From NCBI GenBank assembly GCA_051294905.1, contig CM119371.1, positions 33,420,001-33,484,000 of the forward strand: a stretch of 64,000 nt of DNA, in the 5' to 3' direction. The stretch's first letter is position 1, and the number at the start of each line of letters is the position of its first letter. Of this stretch, positions 9,762 to 24,370 are shown piece after piece. A program made the position numbers and the translations under genes. This stretch comes from Botryllus schlosseri (lineage: Eukaryota). The notes under the pieces were generated by a model. That model was not told the origin of the DNA. It did no database searches and was given only the letters and a program-made list of their open reading frames with translations.

Positions 9762-10654
9762 TGAATGCGATTCCGAGCCAAAATCCAATCCAAGTCCGAC
9801 TCCAACTTCATATCTTATCTAAGTTATGTTATATAATATTCTGTTAACCTACAAGGGCATTTTATCATTATATATTCATTTTATATATTTGATGAAGTTT
9901 TTATTTGATTTTTAAATTCTTTTATCAATTCTTTTCGTGGGTGCTTACTGCTTATATATATACATACTGCAACACTTATATTTTATATACATTGTATTGC
10001 GACAATATATTTGTCCCTCCTTCCTCCCTATCGTGGTTGGAATGCAGCCTCTACTCGCGTAACCATGGGTGTCAAAAAGTGAGATTTTCTCACAATCTAC
10101 TTATATATACGTCATTGCTACATTACCAACACCATAGTGATTTTATGTACTATATACAATGAATTTGAAATCTTTTTCCAAAGCTGTTCGCTGGGTTAAC
10201 CGGAAACGCATCTACTTCTAGAGCTAAGGGAGGTGCCATGAGCTAGGGACAAACGTACGACACAAAATATACCTATGTATACATAATTACAACACACATT
10301 ACTTTGCGGTTGGATGCTGTCCAAAAGGTAAGAATTCAATTCGTATAGGTGATTCTTAAGATGTTCTACGGTTTTATTCAAAAAGGGTTACTTATCTCAT
10401 TGTTGTGAGCTATTGGGTCGCGCCATAGACGGTTCCGGTAGCCGACACCAGGCACTACCCCAAGCAGCGAACACCGTAATATCGGCTCTATGCCCAAGCT
10501 CAAGAAATATATCTATACTATAAAAGAAATGCTTCAACAAAACTTCATCATATCGAACAAGTTTCTATAGATAAATGAATAAATAAATAAATGGCGTATT
10601 TAAAATGATTACAATACCTTTTCAAAATAAACACACGGTGGCTCTCTTACAACA
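9762..10654 (-). repeat. Putative 5' LTR
   Basis: On the minus strand it begins TGTTGTAAG (10654) and ends ...TTCA next to the PBS, and it contains AATAAA motifs. There is no second copy in the window, so the boundaries are a guess. Confidence 0.3.
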
Positions 10655-12345
10655 TAGGTGGTCGTTGTTTGGAGTTATTAAGTCTTCACATCCGTTTACT
10701 TCTACTGGTTATTATTCATAGTGGGTCTAGAAAATAGTTTATAAATGCCACCATTTCAGTTCTTCTCTCTCTCTCTCTCACACACACACTCAATATTATC
10801 TTAGGGAAAGGTTTTCAACCAAAACGGTCACTATCTATTATTTGTGTATATCATGTCTTCAAAATTGACCTTACACTATTGAACTAAACTCAGTTAGATT
10901 TGGCCTTAATGCCTCGAACTCAGAAGGTCACCAGGGTTCGACAAAGTACTTTGCTAATATCAAAACTCGTGTTACTTGAAGACTCAGACCTTATTGCTCT
11001 AGTTTTTGGAGTTTGGGGCCATACTATTGAGTGATTTATGATCTACAATTGAAATGAACCGACTATCAACCATAACGTAACTAGAATACTCAGCAATTAG
11101 CAAAATTATCAAATCTGCAATCTTTCGTCAGTTCTGACATTTTTTAGCTTAAAAGCAAAGACGTGTGATTTACGACAATCAGTGTAACATCATATGCTCA
11201 TAATATTAGGTTTTTCCGCTGTCAAAGGCTCAGTAATCTGCATGGGATTATTGTGAGATCGCATCTTATCATAACAAATATCATGTATCGCCATTATTGT
11301 TGTCTTGTCTGCTGTGTAGTACAGACTGAGTTAAAAATGAAATACTCTCTCCCTCTCTCAAAAAACACAGAGCCTGAACAAACGTAGGCAAAAATGCCCT
11401 CTGCAAATAGGTAACTTCACCAGTAACACTGAATTTACTAAAAAATGCGATGAGGCTACCGTATTGACCTAATCTGCAAATTACTCTTATAATAGTGCAG
11501 AAAACTGACAAGGGAGTTGTCAACAGGCTACAGCAGCATGCTGTTCAGAAGGGTTATTAACTGTTGATGAGTGGGAGTTTATCAATACATTTTCTTTTTA
11601 AGCCTATAGAGGTCTTGTTACAGTTTAATCCTGATAGATACCACAGTATGGACGTCTATTCAGCTTGAGCTTACATCTATACTGGCATTCAGGCAAAGAA
11701 AATGGCTCTATATTTACCAATTAGGAGTGAGTTTCAACGCAGTCATGGTTGGTGATACCATTGGTGGCCAAAGTTCACCGAGTGTGTGATACCAGCATTG
11801 ATCACTGTTGCTGAGACGTTGCTTGGATTGGGCTGAATCCTTATGACGGTCTACTTGATTGACAAAAAAGAACTCAGGTAAATTTCAGCCACACAAGTGG
11901 CTTAACTATTTGGCATCATTCTGTGGTAGATGCCTCAAAACTTATAAATCTGTCTTGTATACTGGCCTGGACAATTCCAATTGATGTACCAATGATGTGG
12001 ATGCGTTAATACCACAAGGTCAGATAAAGATACATACTTTATCAAGATTTTACATGACTTAACAGGCAATTACTTAGTAGTGGCCACTCTTGAAATTGCG
12101 AGATGCATCATTAGACTAATGCAAAAATGACAGATAACGTGTCACAGTTTCAATCGACGAAAATTTATTCAAGAAATTACTGATGACTATTTTATGCAAT
12201 ACTTGTGCAATTTTTTACGAAAATGACGTAGTGCTATACCTAATCTCATGCCAAGACTATACTAAACTATCCAGAAAGACTACGAATTGTTCCGCTACGG
12301 AACGCCCTTGGGTGTTTCTTCCCCCATAAGATCTAGCATCTAAGT

Positions 12346-13264
12346 CAAGGGTCGGCAACCTACGGCCCGCGGGCCGGATCCGGCCCGCCAAGCGAAATCG
12401 TCCGGCCCGCGACGAAATAATTAGTTACCACAAGAATACGGCCCGCCGTTTCGTAATGAGTTCCAATCTGCAGTGCAGCACTGCTTCGAAAAATGTCAAA
12501 ATTTATAATGTTTTCTTCCACTTACGGATGATGACTCCGGAACATGTAATTCACGCACCTACGGGGCTCGTTCACTTTCCTATACTGGAGGAGAGTAAAC
12601 CTAGTTACAGCACTATACATTTGTAACTGTGATATACCAAATTTAATCAATGAATTTCCATCCGCTTTTCCGACATTCGTTCTGTACAAAATAAATTCTG
12701 ACTAACCAGTAAGCTACTCCGGCTAATGTGGGCGCCAATACCATTGCCAGAAAATTTCAAATGGGCCCATTTGAAATGCCATGCAATTGAATTGAATGAC
12801 AAATTTCATACAAAGAGCATATCGCTGATTGACTTTGACAACGAGTACGTTCTTGATATGGGTCTTCATCCCAGCTTGACCAACAATGCAAAAGAAATAG
12901 CATCGACTTTTGGTAGCACGTGCGCATGTGAACAATAGTTTTCAACGATGAAATTCACGAAGAGCAAGCTAAGATCACGTATCCCAACGCACATTCAGAA
13001 TATGGCCTGATTCTAGCTTCATCTGACTTGTTACCAGAAGTTGAAAACCTTTCACAAAGCAAGCTGCGCCCTTTGTCACATTTATGCTGCGTTGTTGAAG
13101 TGTTTTGCTCTTTTTGTGATTTGTATGATTGAGAATGCAGCATTGTAGGGTAATATACCGACGTGACCGTTAAATATAGTATTAGGAAAAATTCCGGTCC
13201 GGCCCGCCAAAATGTTGTGCACCGGAAATTTGGCCCGCGACTAGCAAAAGGTTGCCGACCCCTG
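12346..13264 (+). mobile_element. Internally deleted hAT (Charlie/SPIN-like) DNA transposon with a transposase C-terminal remnant
   Basis: TIRs caagggtcggcaacc / ggttgccgacccctg and a perfect 8-bp TSD ATCTAAGT (12338-12345, 13265-13272). The remnant FGSTCACEQ*FSTMKFTKSKLRSR matches the hAT C-terminal dimerisation region. Confidence 0.92.
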
Positions 13265-15189
13265 ATCTAAGTCATTGTAATTTTGGACAACCACAATCTT
13301 CTATGCTCTGTGACACCTTTAAATCAATCGGTGTCTATTAACCTTTAATTGGTTACCTAAAATAGGGCATGTAAATTTATCATTCAGGCGTTGGCAAGAC
13401 CGCAGTGCAGAACCACCCGTTTTGAAACTTGCCTTGACGGGAAGAAGTACCGAAGTACATAAATAGCTATTCTTATCGCGATACAAAATACTGCTTATCA
13501 TTTTTGAGAAATAGCTAGGTTGGCTAACCCCGTTACGGTGGTATTACTGGCTCACTGATCATTGCTTACTAATAAGATTAGTTTTGGTGCCTTGGAATAA
13601 AGCCACGCCGGTAACAAAATATTATTTAGTGAACCTGTAATTCTGCCATAACTAATAGTGTCGTTCATTGAATAGTAAACACATTTAGTATTGTCTATGA
13701 TTCAACATTCATAGGTATAACGACCCGCTGGACCCGTGTGAATTTTTCAAAATGAATTATTACTAGAACGGGAATTAAAATCAAATATCAATTAATATTA
13801 AAATAAAGTAAATTCAATCAATTATAGTTTCGCCATCGCGATGATTAATACACCTACAAGATGGTGCTTTTTCTTTAGACAGGTCAGTTCCCTAAATGTC
13901 ACACGGATATTCTAAATCTGGATCTGGAGCATGACTCGCGGTGGACATCTCTAGCCATCTTGATGTAAACATAACTCAGAACAGAGCAGCCGCCAGCATC
14001 ACGCATGAAGAAACTTGTACTCCATCAGTACCCCGCACTACACACCGACTTCAATGCTGCCAGTCAAATCACTACTTCGGCTAAAGGTTTGTTTTATCCT
14101 TCCCAAGCCACGTATAGGCAGTTCCAAACACGATATATAGAGCCCAGTGGTCATATTGTCAACACGGTACAATCAAAGTCAAGATTGTATTAATTCTGTA
14201 TCGCATTGCTGCATGCTGTATATAAGAATGAGTTCGTGTTTGCCCATATGTAGTTAGTGATGTAGTTAGTTGATCAACTCTTGTCTTAGTAATGATGCAA
14301 TTACTATTAACGATATGATCAAAGTAAAATTTCAAAGTAGTTAACTTATGGTTTACCAATGTAGAAGTAATTACAAATACATTTATTTTACAACATACAA
14401 CGCGAGCCATATACATACATTGATTAGCCTACAATATAGCCTCAGAAGAAAGTAATAAGCTAGTTTGCCAAGTTCACAAAGGTTTTTTCACCACAGAGGA
14501 CTATGGCCATAGATTCCAATGTTGAGTAGGACCGTGTGTGAACGATGAACATGCATTTGCTTTATGCCCACAATCTACTTGGTACAGATATCGCAAGCTG
14601 CCTTTTCAGCGATGGCGAATAGAATTTCAATTAGTCTTCATCCTTACCAACATAGGCATTTTCTAATGACTGAGATTAAGTAATCACTATCTTAGATTGG
14701 TATAATTAGTATTTGGAACAGATCTCTAACCCACTAAACTTATAAAGCAGTGTGAAATTCGACTTCGTTACGTACAACGACAGCTTAGAGAAACAATACC
14801 AGGTATCATATATGTACTAATCTGCTTGTCCAATTATTTGCTGACAATTGACACTATCTCTTACCTTCAGTGTTGCAAGCATTATTTATGCTCAATCCAA
14901 CCCCTCTAACAGAGCCCGCAGTCGAACAGTGTTAAATAAAAAGAAAACACAAACCAAATCACAGTATTTTCAGTCACGAATCATCAACGGGTCATGTTTT
15001 ATCATCATGGACTAGAAATGTGACGTAAAGCTGATCTTCCACGGCATGGTAGCTTTTAAAAGTGATGTGATAGTGTAGTTTGTTGAGATTTCAGTGTTTT
15101 CATAGTAGTTTTAGGTTGAACTTCAAGTTCTTATATCTAAAAAAGAGATGTGGCACTGTAATATATTGTCGAATACTTGAAATTCCAAA

Positions 15190-15262
15190 ATGCCGTGGCG
15201 GGCCGCACAAAATGCTCTCGCGGGCCGCATGCGGCCCGCGGGCCGCGTGTTTGAGACCTCTG
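15190..15262. mobile_element. hAT-type MITE end fragment
   Basis: gcgggccgcatgcggcccgcgggccgcgtgtttgagacctctg: ggcccg subterminal motifs and a hAT-like TIR ending in ctg. The partner end was not found. Confidence 0.6.
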
Positions 15263-15473
15263 GTTTAAATACTATTAATACGGTGTCCGAACGCAGAACA
15301 CTGATAACCTTGCTAATATATATGCTTGGCTTAAAAATTTCTATGCATTCAGTGCTACCTGCAATAACCCTAGTTATTGGGAAACACTTACAACTCTCAG
15401 ACCCCCGTAAACACTACCTGTCCAACGCATAGACAATATCGAACTTGCTGGATAAAGAAACTCCATTGAACCT

Positions 15474-15648
15474 GTTTGTTTTTTGGGGGGGGGGGGTATT
15501 CATGGTGTTTGTCGACTGCTATAGTCATTTACACCAGGCCGATATTCTTCATATTTTCCGTAACTGCCGACTTATAGCACGGCCCACCTCTAGGCTTTTG
15601 TAAGACACCGCTGACACGGATGAGGTGGCGAGGAGGAGCCTAGGTAAA
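15474..15648 (-). mobile_element. tRNA-derived SINE, 5'-truncated copy
   Basis: Matches the body and (CAAA)n tail of the SINE at 49562-63533. It shows the uninterrupted sequence cacggcccacctctaggcttttg. Confidence 0.85.
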
Positions 15649-18600
15649 ATTGAACCTGTGATTTCACCCTAGGCTACGCCTCATGAGCTGATTACTCCGG
15701 CATTTACCCTAGGTAACCTCTAATCAGATATTGATTTCCAGGTGTGGGTTTCACGGAAAATATATCCTGGACTTTGCCAGCCAATAAGCATTTAAAGCAA
15801 TTCGCCCTGTGCACATGAAAACTTAATCGAACACCCAGTGGCGAAAAGCGTCTAATTTTAATACTCGGCCCAAATCACCAAAATTAATGCTAAATTCAGA
15901 TTGAGTACTGGATTGGATTGGATTGGATTGGGCCCATAGCCCCAAAGATTAATCCCCATATGATTGGGCCAGCATTTTAGTTGAAAGGGTATCACTGATT
16001 TTCCAACCATTCATTTTTTCACTAGGTATCTCAGAATGGGACAGAACTTCTGCTGGGTCAACATTTCCAGCTGGACGCGACCCCAATCTGAGAATTAAAA
16101 GAGCCCTTGATTTCAACACTGATGAAAATTTTGGACCACCAATGGGCTTTGTGAGGAAAATCAAACCGTCCGGAGGACTATCACGCACTCTTTCGCACTC
16201 CATCTTTGAACCAAAACTAGCAGTTAAGACGGGGCCGGTGAATACCTGACACATCATGTGCCCAATTCATATCATTCAATTCATGTAGTTGGGTATCCGG
16301 GCTTTGTACTTGACACTGTGTAAAAACTCTTCTGGGTAAACTATTTAGTTTTGCTGGAATACTGTTCGCGCCAAGACATGGACTTTTATTAGTGATCTGA
16401 TAACACTTCAAAGTTTTAACAGCAGGGGTAATATCTTAATGTCAGATCTTTTTCATCACATTTGAGCTGTACTATCTCCATGCCCATGCCCATTTATGAC
16501 TGATAACTAGGTCCTGTACCGATAAAAAAACAATTTCTCCTAATAATTATATTTATTTTTATGTTTGCCATATCCATAAATTCCTTATATCATCTATGGG
16601 TGTGTAAATTTGCAATATCTCTTCTATAGTATGTTCGGTAAAAGTAATAATTTGCCACAAGCCGAAGGGTTTGAGGACCCCTGGTGTTTGTGTGAACTGA
16701 TGCCCTTATAATCGTCTGTTGAACAGAGTAGACAGTACACGAAGAACGCTGTAAGCTCATCAAGGGCGCAAATACTTCACTATTAGGGTTATACTGTATA
16801 CAGGTCGTGAATTTGTCTTAGTCTATTGTCGGATAAGTTCGTCAAACATAGGCCTCAAATAGAGTAGGGGAGGTCGACTCCTCCAGTAGGTGGCGATGCC
16901 CAAATCGGTTCCTTGATCGCTTACTGATCCGCACATACAAGGAATAAATGTATTTGATACAAATTTTAGGTTGATGGCCTAGTAGCCGACATCCCACTCA
17001 CTACAGTTAGCCTACTTCAATTTGTTGCCAGCTTGCATTGATTTAGTGATACCCAATACGCACCTTACAATCACTGCAACGGCCCGATCCACAACGAACG
17101 ATATGACGTAGCTTTTCTTACTCTGGTGGTCCTGCTGACATATCGGTTCATGCGAGGACAATGGCAAACAGAAGGCATTTGGTGATGTTGTTGTATAGTT
17201 TGCTCTTGGGGTAGCAAAAATACACCAGCCGTTCAAACTACCCATTTAGTCCTAGTTTTGGATTTCTTAAAATTTAACAATTCTAGTTGTGCGACGTAGT
17301 CAAAGATAAAGGTTGACTGTGGCTGTGAGCCACACTATATCATGCAAGGCCGGAATCTGCATACGGGGAGTTCAGAATTCAATCGTGGACCGTATGTTAC
17401 CCGTCCATGATATATACTAAATTATAGCCCATTTTACTGCTGAAACGAGTTAGCTTTTGGCACCAGATCATAATTGTTGCTTTGCCCGTGTAAGTGATGC
17501 CCTGAGTAGAAGTTGGTCACGATATAAATTGGTATAATATACGCGGGTATGTTGTCGGGCTTTTATCATAGACATTCGTGGACCCTAGACAGTGACAAGT
17601 TCCGTAGCGGAGGGGGATTATTAGATATATCATTTCGGTGTTATCGTCTATGGCGGAAAAGCCCTGGCCTACTTGAGAAATATTTTGTCAAGTGCTAAAC
17701 CCTGTGTACGTCAATAATCATCACGTAAGTGGTGTAAAAATAAAACCCAATTGGTCATAAACGCCTTCATCAATTATATTAAAGAGGGAGTGACGCTTAT
17801 TCCAAACCACACACAAGGTAGGTACAGTTCCCACCGTGCAGGGCCCCATTTTCTATTTCTTAGCTAGACTATTCCCAATGTAAGATTTGGATGGTATAGC
17901 TATATACCCCATTTCCGTGTTCGCAATATCCACCAATGATATACTATATACATCAAAGGCTCCCCTTCAACACGTCAGTATACATAAGTACCCTCTACCT
18001 ACATTTTAGTTTTCTGAGTCCGATTCTAATGTCGGGCATAGCCTCCCCCTAACATCTTAGTAGCCTTGTATTGCTATCTCAACTTTCCTCCTTCTTCCGT
18101 AGATACCCAAGTGTTCTGATATTGACCATGCCAATGTTGGGGTTTATATACAGTTTTCATGGCGTGTAATAATCTATTATTCTACGATTTGTGTATGGGG
18201 GGAAGCTATTTTAAGGTATTTTTCGGGGTACACTGAATAATTAATCACTTACGGACAGCCGGCCAAGGACCATTAATGGATTTATGCCATAAAATCAGGT
18301 TACATCAGAATTTTTTAACAGTTAGTGACGTCAAACAGCACTCTGAAAATGCTCTTAACAGAATTAATGTGGTTTTCCCACTGAGATGTCACTCTCTAAT
18401 GGTTTTTCTTGACATTAAGTAACATTAAATCCCCTTAGCAGCCGTTAATGTTGTTTTTGCACTCTCCGAGTCTTAATGCACTTTGCGCATTAGATACTGT
18501 GTGTTCGCCATTTTGTGGTCTTTATGCCCGCGACATTGCTGCACTGTCAGTCCGCAAATGGTCAGTCCCGCGGAGTCTGCTACATCACTGCCATACGTAT

Positions 18601-21600
18601 GATCGATTTGCACAATGTGTGACCTATTTTTCATATTCATCGCACTTTAGCGGCCCGGGGTGCTACAACCAAATTACTGAGACTACATGACTAGTATCGC
18701 ATCGTCAAGTAGCATGTACACGATGCTGCTGCCGTCGCGTTCTGGGTCAAAGTAGACCTAACACATCCATAAACAGTTTGTAGTATAATCCTGCTGCATC
18801 GGTATGATCGATTTTCTATCTCAATTGTCGACCGCCGTCGCTGAGTGCGCAATAAGTTGTTATAGGTTGCTTTAGTTACTGCTTGATTTGAATTTCCCGA
18901 TTACCGTGGTGCACAAGGCCATAAATTGCGATAAGCACCACTCATGATTGCAATGATAGTCATAATAATTATAATAACCATAATGATGATCATAAACTTC
19001 CTTTTCTATTATACTATGAGTTGCGCACGATACATAACAAAGACAACGCTTTTTCAGCGAATATTAGAGCGATATCGGGCCCAGCTAAACACGTCATTAA
19101 GCGAGAAGTATCTCATCCCAGAGGTCTAGCATGTCACCTTGAAATCTGCGTTCTTGTACTGTTCGGGTAGGCCTATCTTACGAAACGGGAGTGATACTGC
19201 GGAGCGGCCGCAGATATTGACATACCTTTGTGTAATTATTATGATCTTCTTATAAACTGCATATGACGGTTTCGTTTTGGCGGTGGATCGATTTGCCGAC
19301 TTTTCTCCTATACAGGAGTGGAGCCGCTTTAGGATGTATATTGGCTTAAAATTTCCACGCTAGGCCGGAGGTAATCGTCTGGTGGACCGGTGAACTGGCG
19401 GGCCGGCAGGAATGTCGTCGCGTACCGGCGGTTGAGAACCACTGCCATATGCCATAGGGGATCAATTGTATAAGCGCGGGCTCCCAACTGGATGTTTCGT
19501 ATACCCTAATGTGTACGAAGACTTTTAGAGGGTGTGCCATGCTCGCATCATATGGTCTGACGACTAAGCAAGTTTACGCTTCGGGACGGACCTATACCAG
19601 ATTCACGATGTTATAAAATGTTACATTTCAACTGTAACAAGCTTTTAATGCACATCCCCCATTCTGCTGCGGTAACTAATTACCTCACTTAACAGATGTC
19701 AATGATCCTGGTCCCTTAGGAGTAGAGTATGGGAAAAAATAACATCTGTTCGGACCACGACATCTGTTCACCAATACCCTTGCGGAAACCGCAATGATGG
19801 CTCAGACATGGCTGAATTTTTGTATGACTAAATCAAAGACTATTAATTAAACAGGAAACCAGTTCACCTTGGAGCATGTTCATTAATATGCCAAGATTAT
19901 GCTGTCCACGTACTTGGCACGCGTAATTAAGACTCAAAATAACGGCAATGTATTTGGCGAAGTTTGAGCAGCCTTGGAGTCACAAGAATTCACTCTTTCC
20001 ATATAGTTCAGTTTAAACCTTCTGGTTGTCATTGTAACATTACGCATTGTAAGAATGGTTTTCAATTTGAGAAGGGATATGTTTCCAAATCGGTAATCAA
20101 GTGGATCAGTTCTCGTTCACAAACAATGTCATGATAAGCAATAAAAGCTGCGGTGGTTTGTAGTGGGCATGGAGCAGGTCTCAGAGCTCAATGAATACAA
20201 TTTGGGTCGGCATTATGATAACAAATCATGCAGTGAATACATACCCGCGGCTGATGCGCACCTTCTACCGAAGCTTAGCAAAAGAGCAAGGCTACTTTAC
20301 CAAGCCACACAGAGCTGGGGACGCAGCCCAATATTTAAGTATCCACTTCGCGACATGTGTTAACAATATAATTCTGTTTTCAATTTAGAGATGAAACTGC
20401 ACGCCGCGGACCATAGTCTGGACTTTTGTTACGGCCCACCAACGTTTTTTGCCGCTTTTGATTTGGCCCGCGATGGAAAATAATTGCCCACACCCGGTCT
20501 AGCGTAAGGTTCTGGCTACTTTCTCGAGCCCCACTATATCAATACGTTTATGCGCAAACAACAGAATCTGCACACAATACGGCGATTTGCCAGGGAAATA
20601 TAGTTATTGCATCCGCTAAAACGACGGCCCTGACAAAAGATACAAGGCAGTGATTTTTTTCCTAGATCGTAATATAGTTTTAGACAATCGCAACATGCTT
20701 TGTGATGAACACTGAAGGTTCAAATGCAAGCGATCCAGGAGTATTACAAAAGCATGACCACATAAATATCGCTGTATACTATTATGATATCCATGTGGTC
20801 CGCTGTAGCTCTTTGTTACTGATTTATCTTTTATACTAGAGCAAAACCGCTTTATCGCTGTTGGATTATGTTACTTCGATCTCGAATTCTAGCCACGAAT
20901 ATGCTCAACATATTGCTATCTTTAAGGGGTATTTTGGATTCAAGATATCAGTATTTTAAAAAAAAAACCTGCGTCGAATTGTGTAAACATTTTATAATAC
21001 TCAAACTTGTTTCACGCATTGGAATAATTCATTCTGCGGATCGCATGTCTGACGCTTCTACGCGTTTTTCAAGCGTCTGGATCACTGAAATTCAAGCCTC
21101 ATTCCATTGATGGAATAATCTCGCCCTCGTAGAAATCTATTTTGGGCATTATTGACTTATGTTATTGGGCGCAGGCGAGTAGTTTGCATTTATACAAACT
21201 TATACATATCAGATCCTAGGCCCCATGTGGTTTTAGTGCGCATGATACCATGGTATGGTGCAACATGAGTCGTATTTGGCGTAAAGGCGTAATAATTCCC
21301 CTGTTTGTGGATATGCACTGTGTCTAGTTATTAACCGAGCTTGATTCTTCTCATGTTGTACTATTATATGGGCCGGTAATAATCGTAGAATTAATATCCC
21401 CCAGCAATTTGGGAATTATATAATTCGTACTCCGTGTAAAGGCCTCAAATACAACGAAAATCACGATCATCACTGTGAGCAGTATATTCATTAATTATTT
21501 ATAGCGATCCGACAGTAGCAAGCGCAAAATAACAGCCCATCCTGCAGCGCATATTGAGGAATTCGGATATTACAGTTTTTCAGCACGACGAAGCTTACGA

Positions 21601-23972
21601 TCGTCACCGCGAACGGAATATTCATCAATTATTTATAACAATCGTCAGTAACGAGCAAACTAGAAAACAAAAGATTATCGACACGCGATTATTGCTTGCG
21701 TGATTTCTGTGCTAATTTACCCCAATATTTTCAAGTCTAGCCGTTATTCTAGAATTTACACAAGTTGGTGAGCAATATTCGTAATGGCCGATAAATTCCA
21801 TCGGCTCATATTGCTCACACTCATAGTTATTCTTCCACTGCGGTCACTGCCGTCCCAAACACGTCAATGTCCCCTTCACCTCGGAATCAAAAGCGCACAA
21901 GCACAACACATGCGCGTCCAGCACGCCGCCCAAACATCACATGGTCGACCGAAAAGATCATCGCTCCATCAAGCATGCCGGACCTGACGTGTGGAATAGC
22001 ATCCCGCCGGCCATCCGACACCCGACGAGCATGCCCGCACCCAAGTCGAAACACAAGCAATCACCACTAAATAAACACCAGTCCAGGTGCCGGCAACCTT
22101 TCGTATGCAGCATGCCAAAATATCTAAAAATGTAAAATATTACCAACCCGCGTGCCAACCATTTTCATTTTCAATGTTTCAAGCAAGGAATCACACTGAC
22201 CACCTATCTGCAGAAGGTACCGGCATTGGTTACGTCAGATATTCTTACAGTATTGGTCGATGAAAGGTATAAATTTTGGTCCCTACCACACTAGACCTAT
22301 ACCGTCTAATGTACGTAATATGTGCAATTGTGCATCATTTAAATTTAGTCGCGTAATGGCCGATCTTCAGTGGTTTCCTTGATCGTTTCCAAGTCTACTG
22401 TGTTCGGTACCATAGCCAATAAGCGACAGGCCGATCAAAGATGTTATGAAGAGATGGTCTCATGATGAAAAATGTCTCAACCCCTGTACCAAGGAAGTCG
22501 GTTTGATGTAACTATTGGTCTGACACTAGATTTGTCTGCAAAGCTCCAAAGATTGCGGTATAGCGGTAAAGGTTGTCTTTGCTCCAGACATATTAGAATT
22601 GCTTACACGTATCAGGCGAAACCAAAATAATATATCCTTTCGTGAGACCAACCCAATTCAAAATTCGCATTTCGACACGGGACTCATTATCTGTGTGGAT
22701 CTCATATGAGACGTGCGGCTCAAGCTCCGCGTCGGTCATTTCGGCCAGGGACTTATAGAACTCTATATATCCCTGATTTCGGCGCCTGGACATATCATTG
22801 TCGAAAGTTTAGGCCAATATGCGGTGGTTATTATATTTAGATGCTCTATCGCCGTCAATCATTCGGCAACGCATACAGCACACGCAGCAGTCGCACTTTG
22901 CCCGAAACATGCGAACCCTAACGTGAAAATGGCTAGCGCAAAAATACTGGTCCATATAAAATATTCGCGGTCCCACAGGCTGCACAGTGTACCCTCCTAG
23001 ACTAAAGTATCAAAGCAGTTTCATACGATATTAGGTTGCCGTATATATTTTCGTGGGTTTCGCAATATCAAGTAATTATACGTCATGGTAAATCTCGCGA
23101 AGAGCAAACAATGTTATCTTTTCATTGCATCACATTTCCTCGGTGCATTGAAAGATAAAAATTGCTAATAAATGATGATTATATTGACCGCTGACCTCCT
23201 GCGAAATGAAATCATTGTGCCCCACATTCTCGCATCATTACGCACTAATATCACTCGCAAATATCTTGCGGAAAAGGCGGACTTATGCTTGCGATAACAA
23301 TGCACGCACACAAATATTATTATTATTGAAATCAGACTTAGTATGACGGTTATAAATTTGTTCGCCTTACCTTATATGATCTCTCCATTATCAAATGTGC
23401 GCGCAAACGATCGGTATAATTAATTTCACCGTTGTCTTCCATAATATGAGGCAGTTCAGTGTAATGTGAAGCCGCTGGAATTGTCCGGGTTTTTATCCAC
23501 ACAATCAGAAGTGTATCCTGTTGAAATCCCTGCACGCAAGTCGGCACTTACTTGAGCTAGTTCTTGTGAGGTTTTGGCTCGTTTCAGTTTTGGCTGATTG
23601 ACGCCCCATGTGAGAAGAGGTATTGCGCTTATGTCGTGATTGGACCAGACCTAACGAAGTCCCGGATATCCTTCTTCAGATAGCTTATTACCAATGCACC
23701 TTCTCTCCTATTCCGGGCTTTAAATTTATCTGTTCCGTATATAGTACAAATAATCTTGAGCCCCGGCCAAATTGCGGCCCACGTGAAACATAAATCAATA
23801 CATACTGCATCACATCACATCTCAAATCCCGTGTTCCCTACTGATAACGGCTTATCTCCAGGCGTTTAGTATACTTGACCCAGAAGTTCTATATTGCTTG
23901 AGAAAGAAGCCCATCTCAGCGTTTATAAGGCCAAAACAATAATGACAAGAAATGGATACGAATGTATTAGGC

Positions 23973-24370
23973 CAGGGACGGCCAACCCGTCTCCCGCGAG
24001 AAGATTTTGAGTGGCCGGCGAAATAGTTCCCGAGATTAGCTGTAACATTACATAATAAATATGCCATGTAATATATCGTCTGCTATCGGTGCAACAAAGT
24101 ATGTAATTTATTGTGAATTTGCAAGGCGAACCAAAAATGTGATAAACGTTACCGCGAAATTTGGGTTGTTAATGACTTAGGCAACGATTCTGACGCACTG
24201 GTGTAGCCAGGGGCCAGTCACATTTTTCATAGATCTTCGTATATGACCATAAAGTAGAATATTTCATGGTAGATGTATTTGACTCGATATTTTTTTAGTA
24301 CTCATTGTCACTCAATTTCTTGCTTTTAGTACCCCCTCCTGAAAATTTACCGAATTGAGTCTGACAATAC
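23973..24370. mobile_element. hAT-type MITE fragment related to 28209-28893
   Basis: Starts cagggacggccaacc...cccgcgagaagattttgagtggcc, and its internal sequence aligns by eye with 28250-28590. Confidence 0.55.

Larger units (their letters stand above)
1..10654 (-). mobile_element. LTR retroelement / endogenous retrovirus-like element, 5' part (presumably continues beyond the left window edge), degenerate
   Basis: Co-oriented PBS-like match (9749-9761), Gag with CCHC knuckle, -1 frameshift signal and retropepsin motif, all on the minus strand in retroviral order. The outer limits are inferred, and no RT, integrase or 3' LTR is visible in the window. Confidence 0.75.

Noticed and set aside
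15949..16411. Adjacent minus-strand ORFs of 102 and 64 aa, and similar short ORFs at 22593-23547
   Set aside because: No recognisable domain or convincing splice structure, so a gene call cannot be supported.
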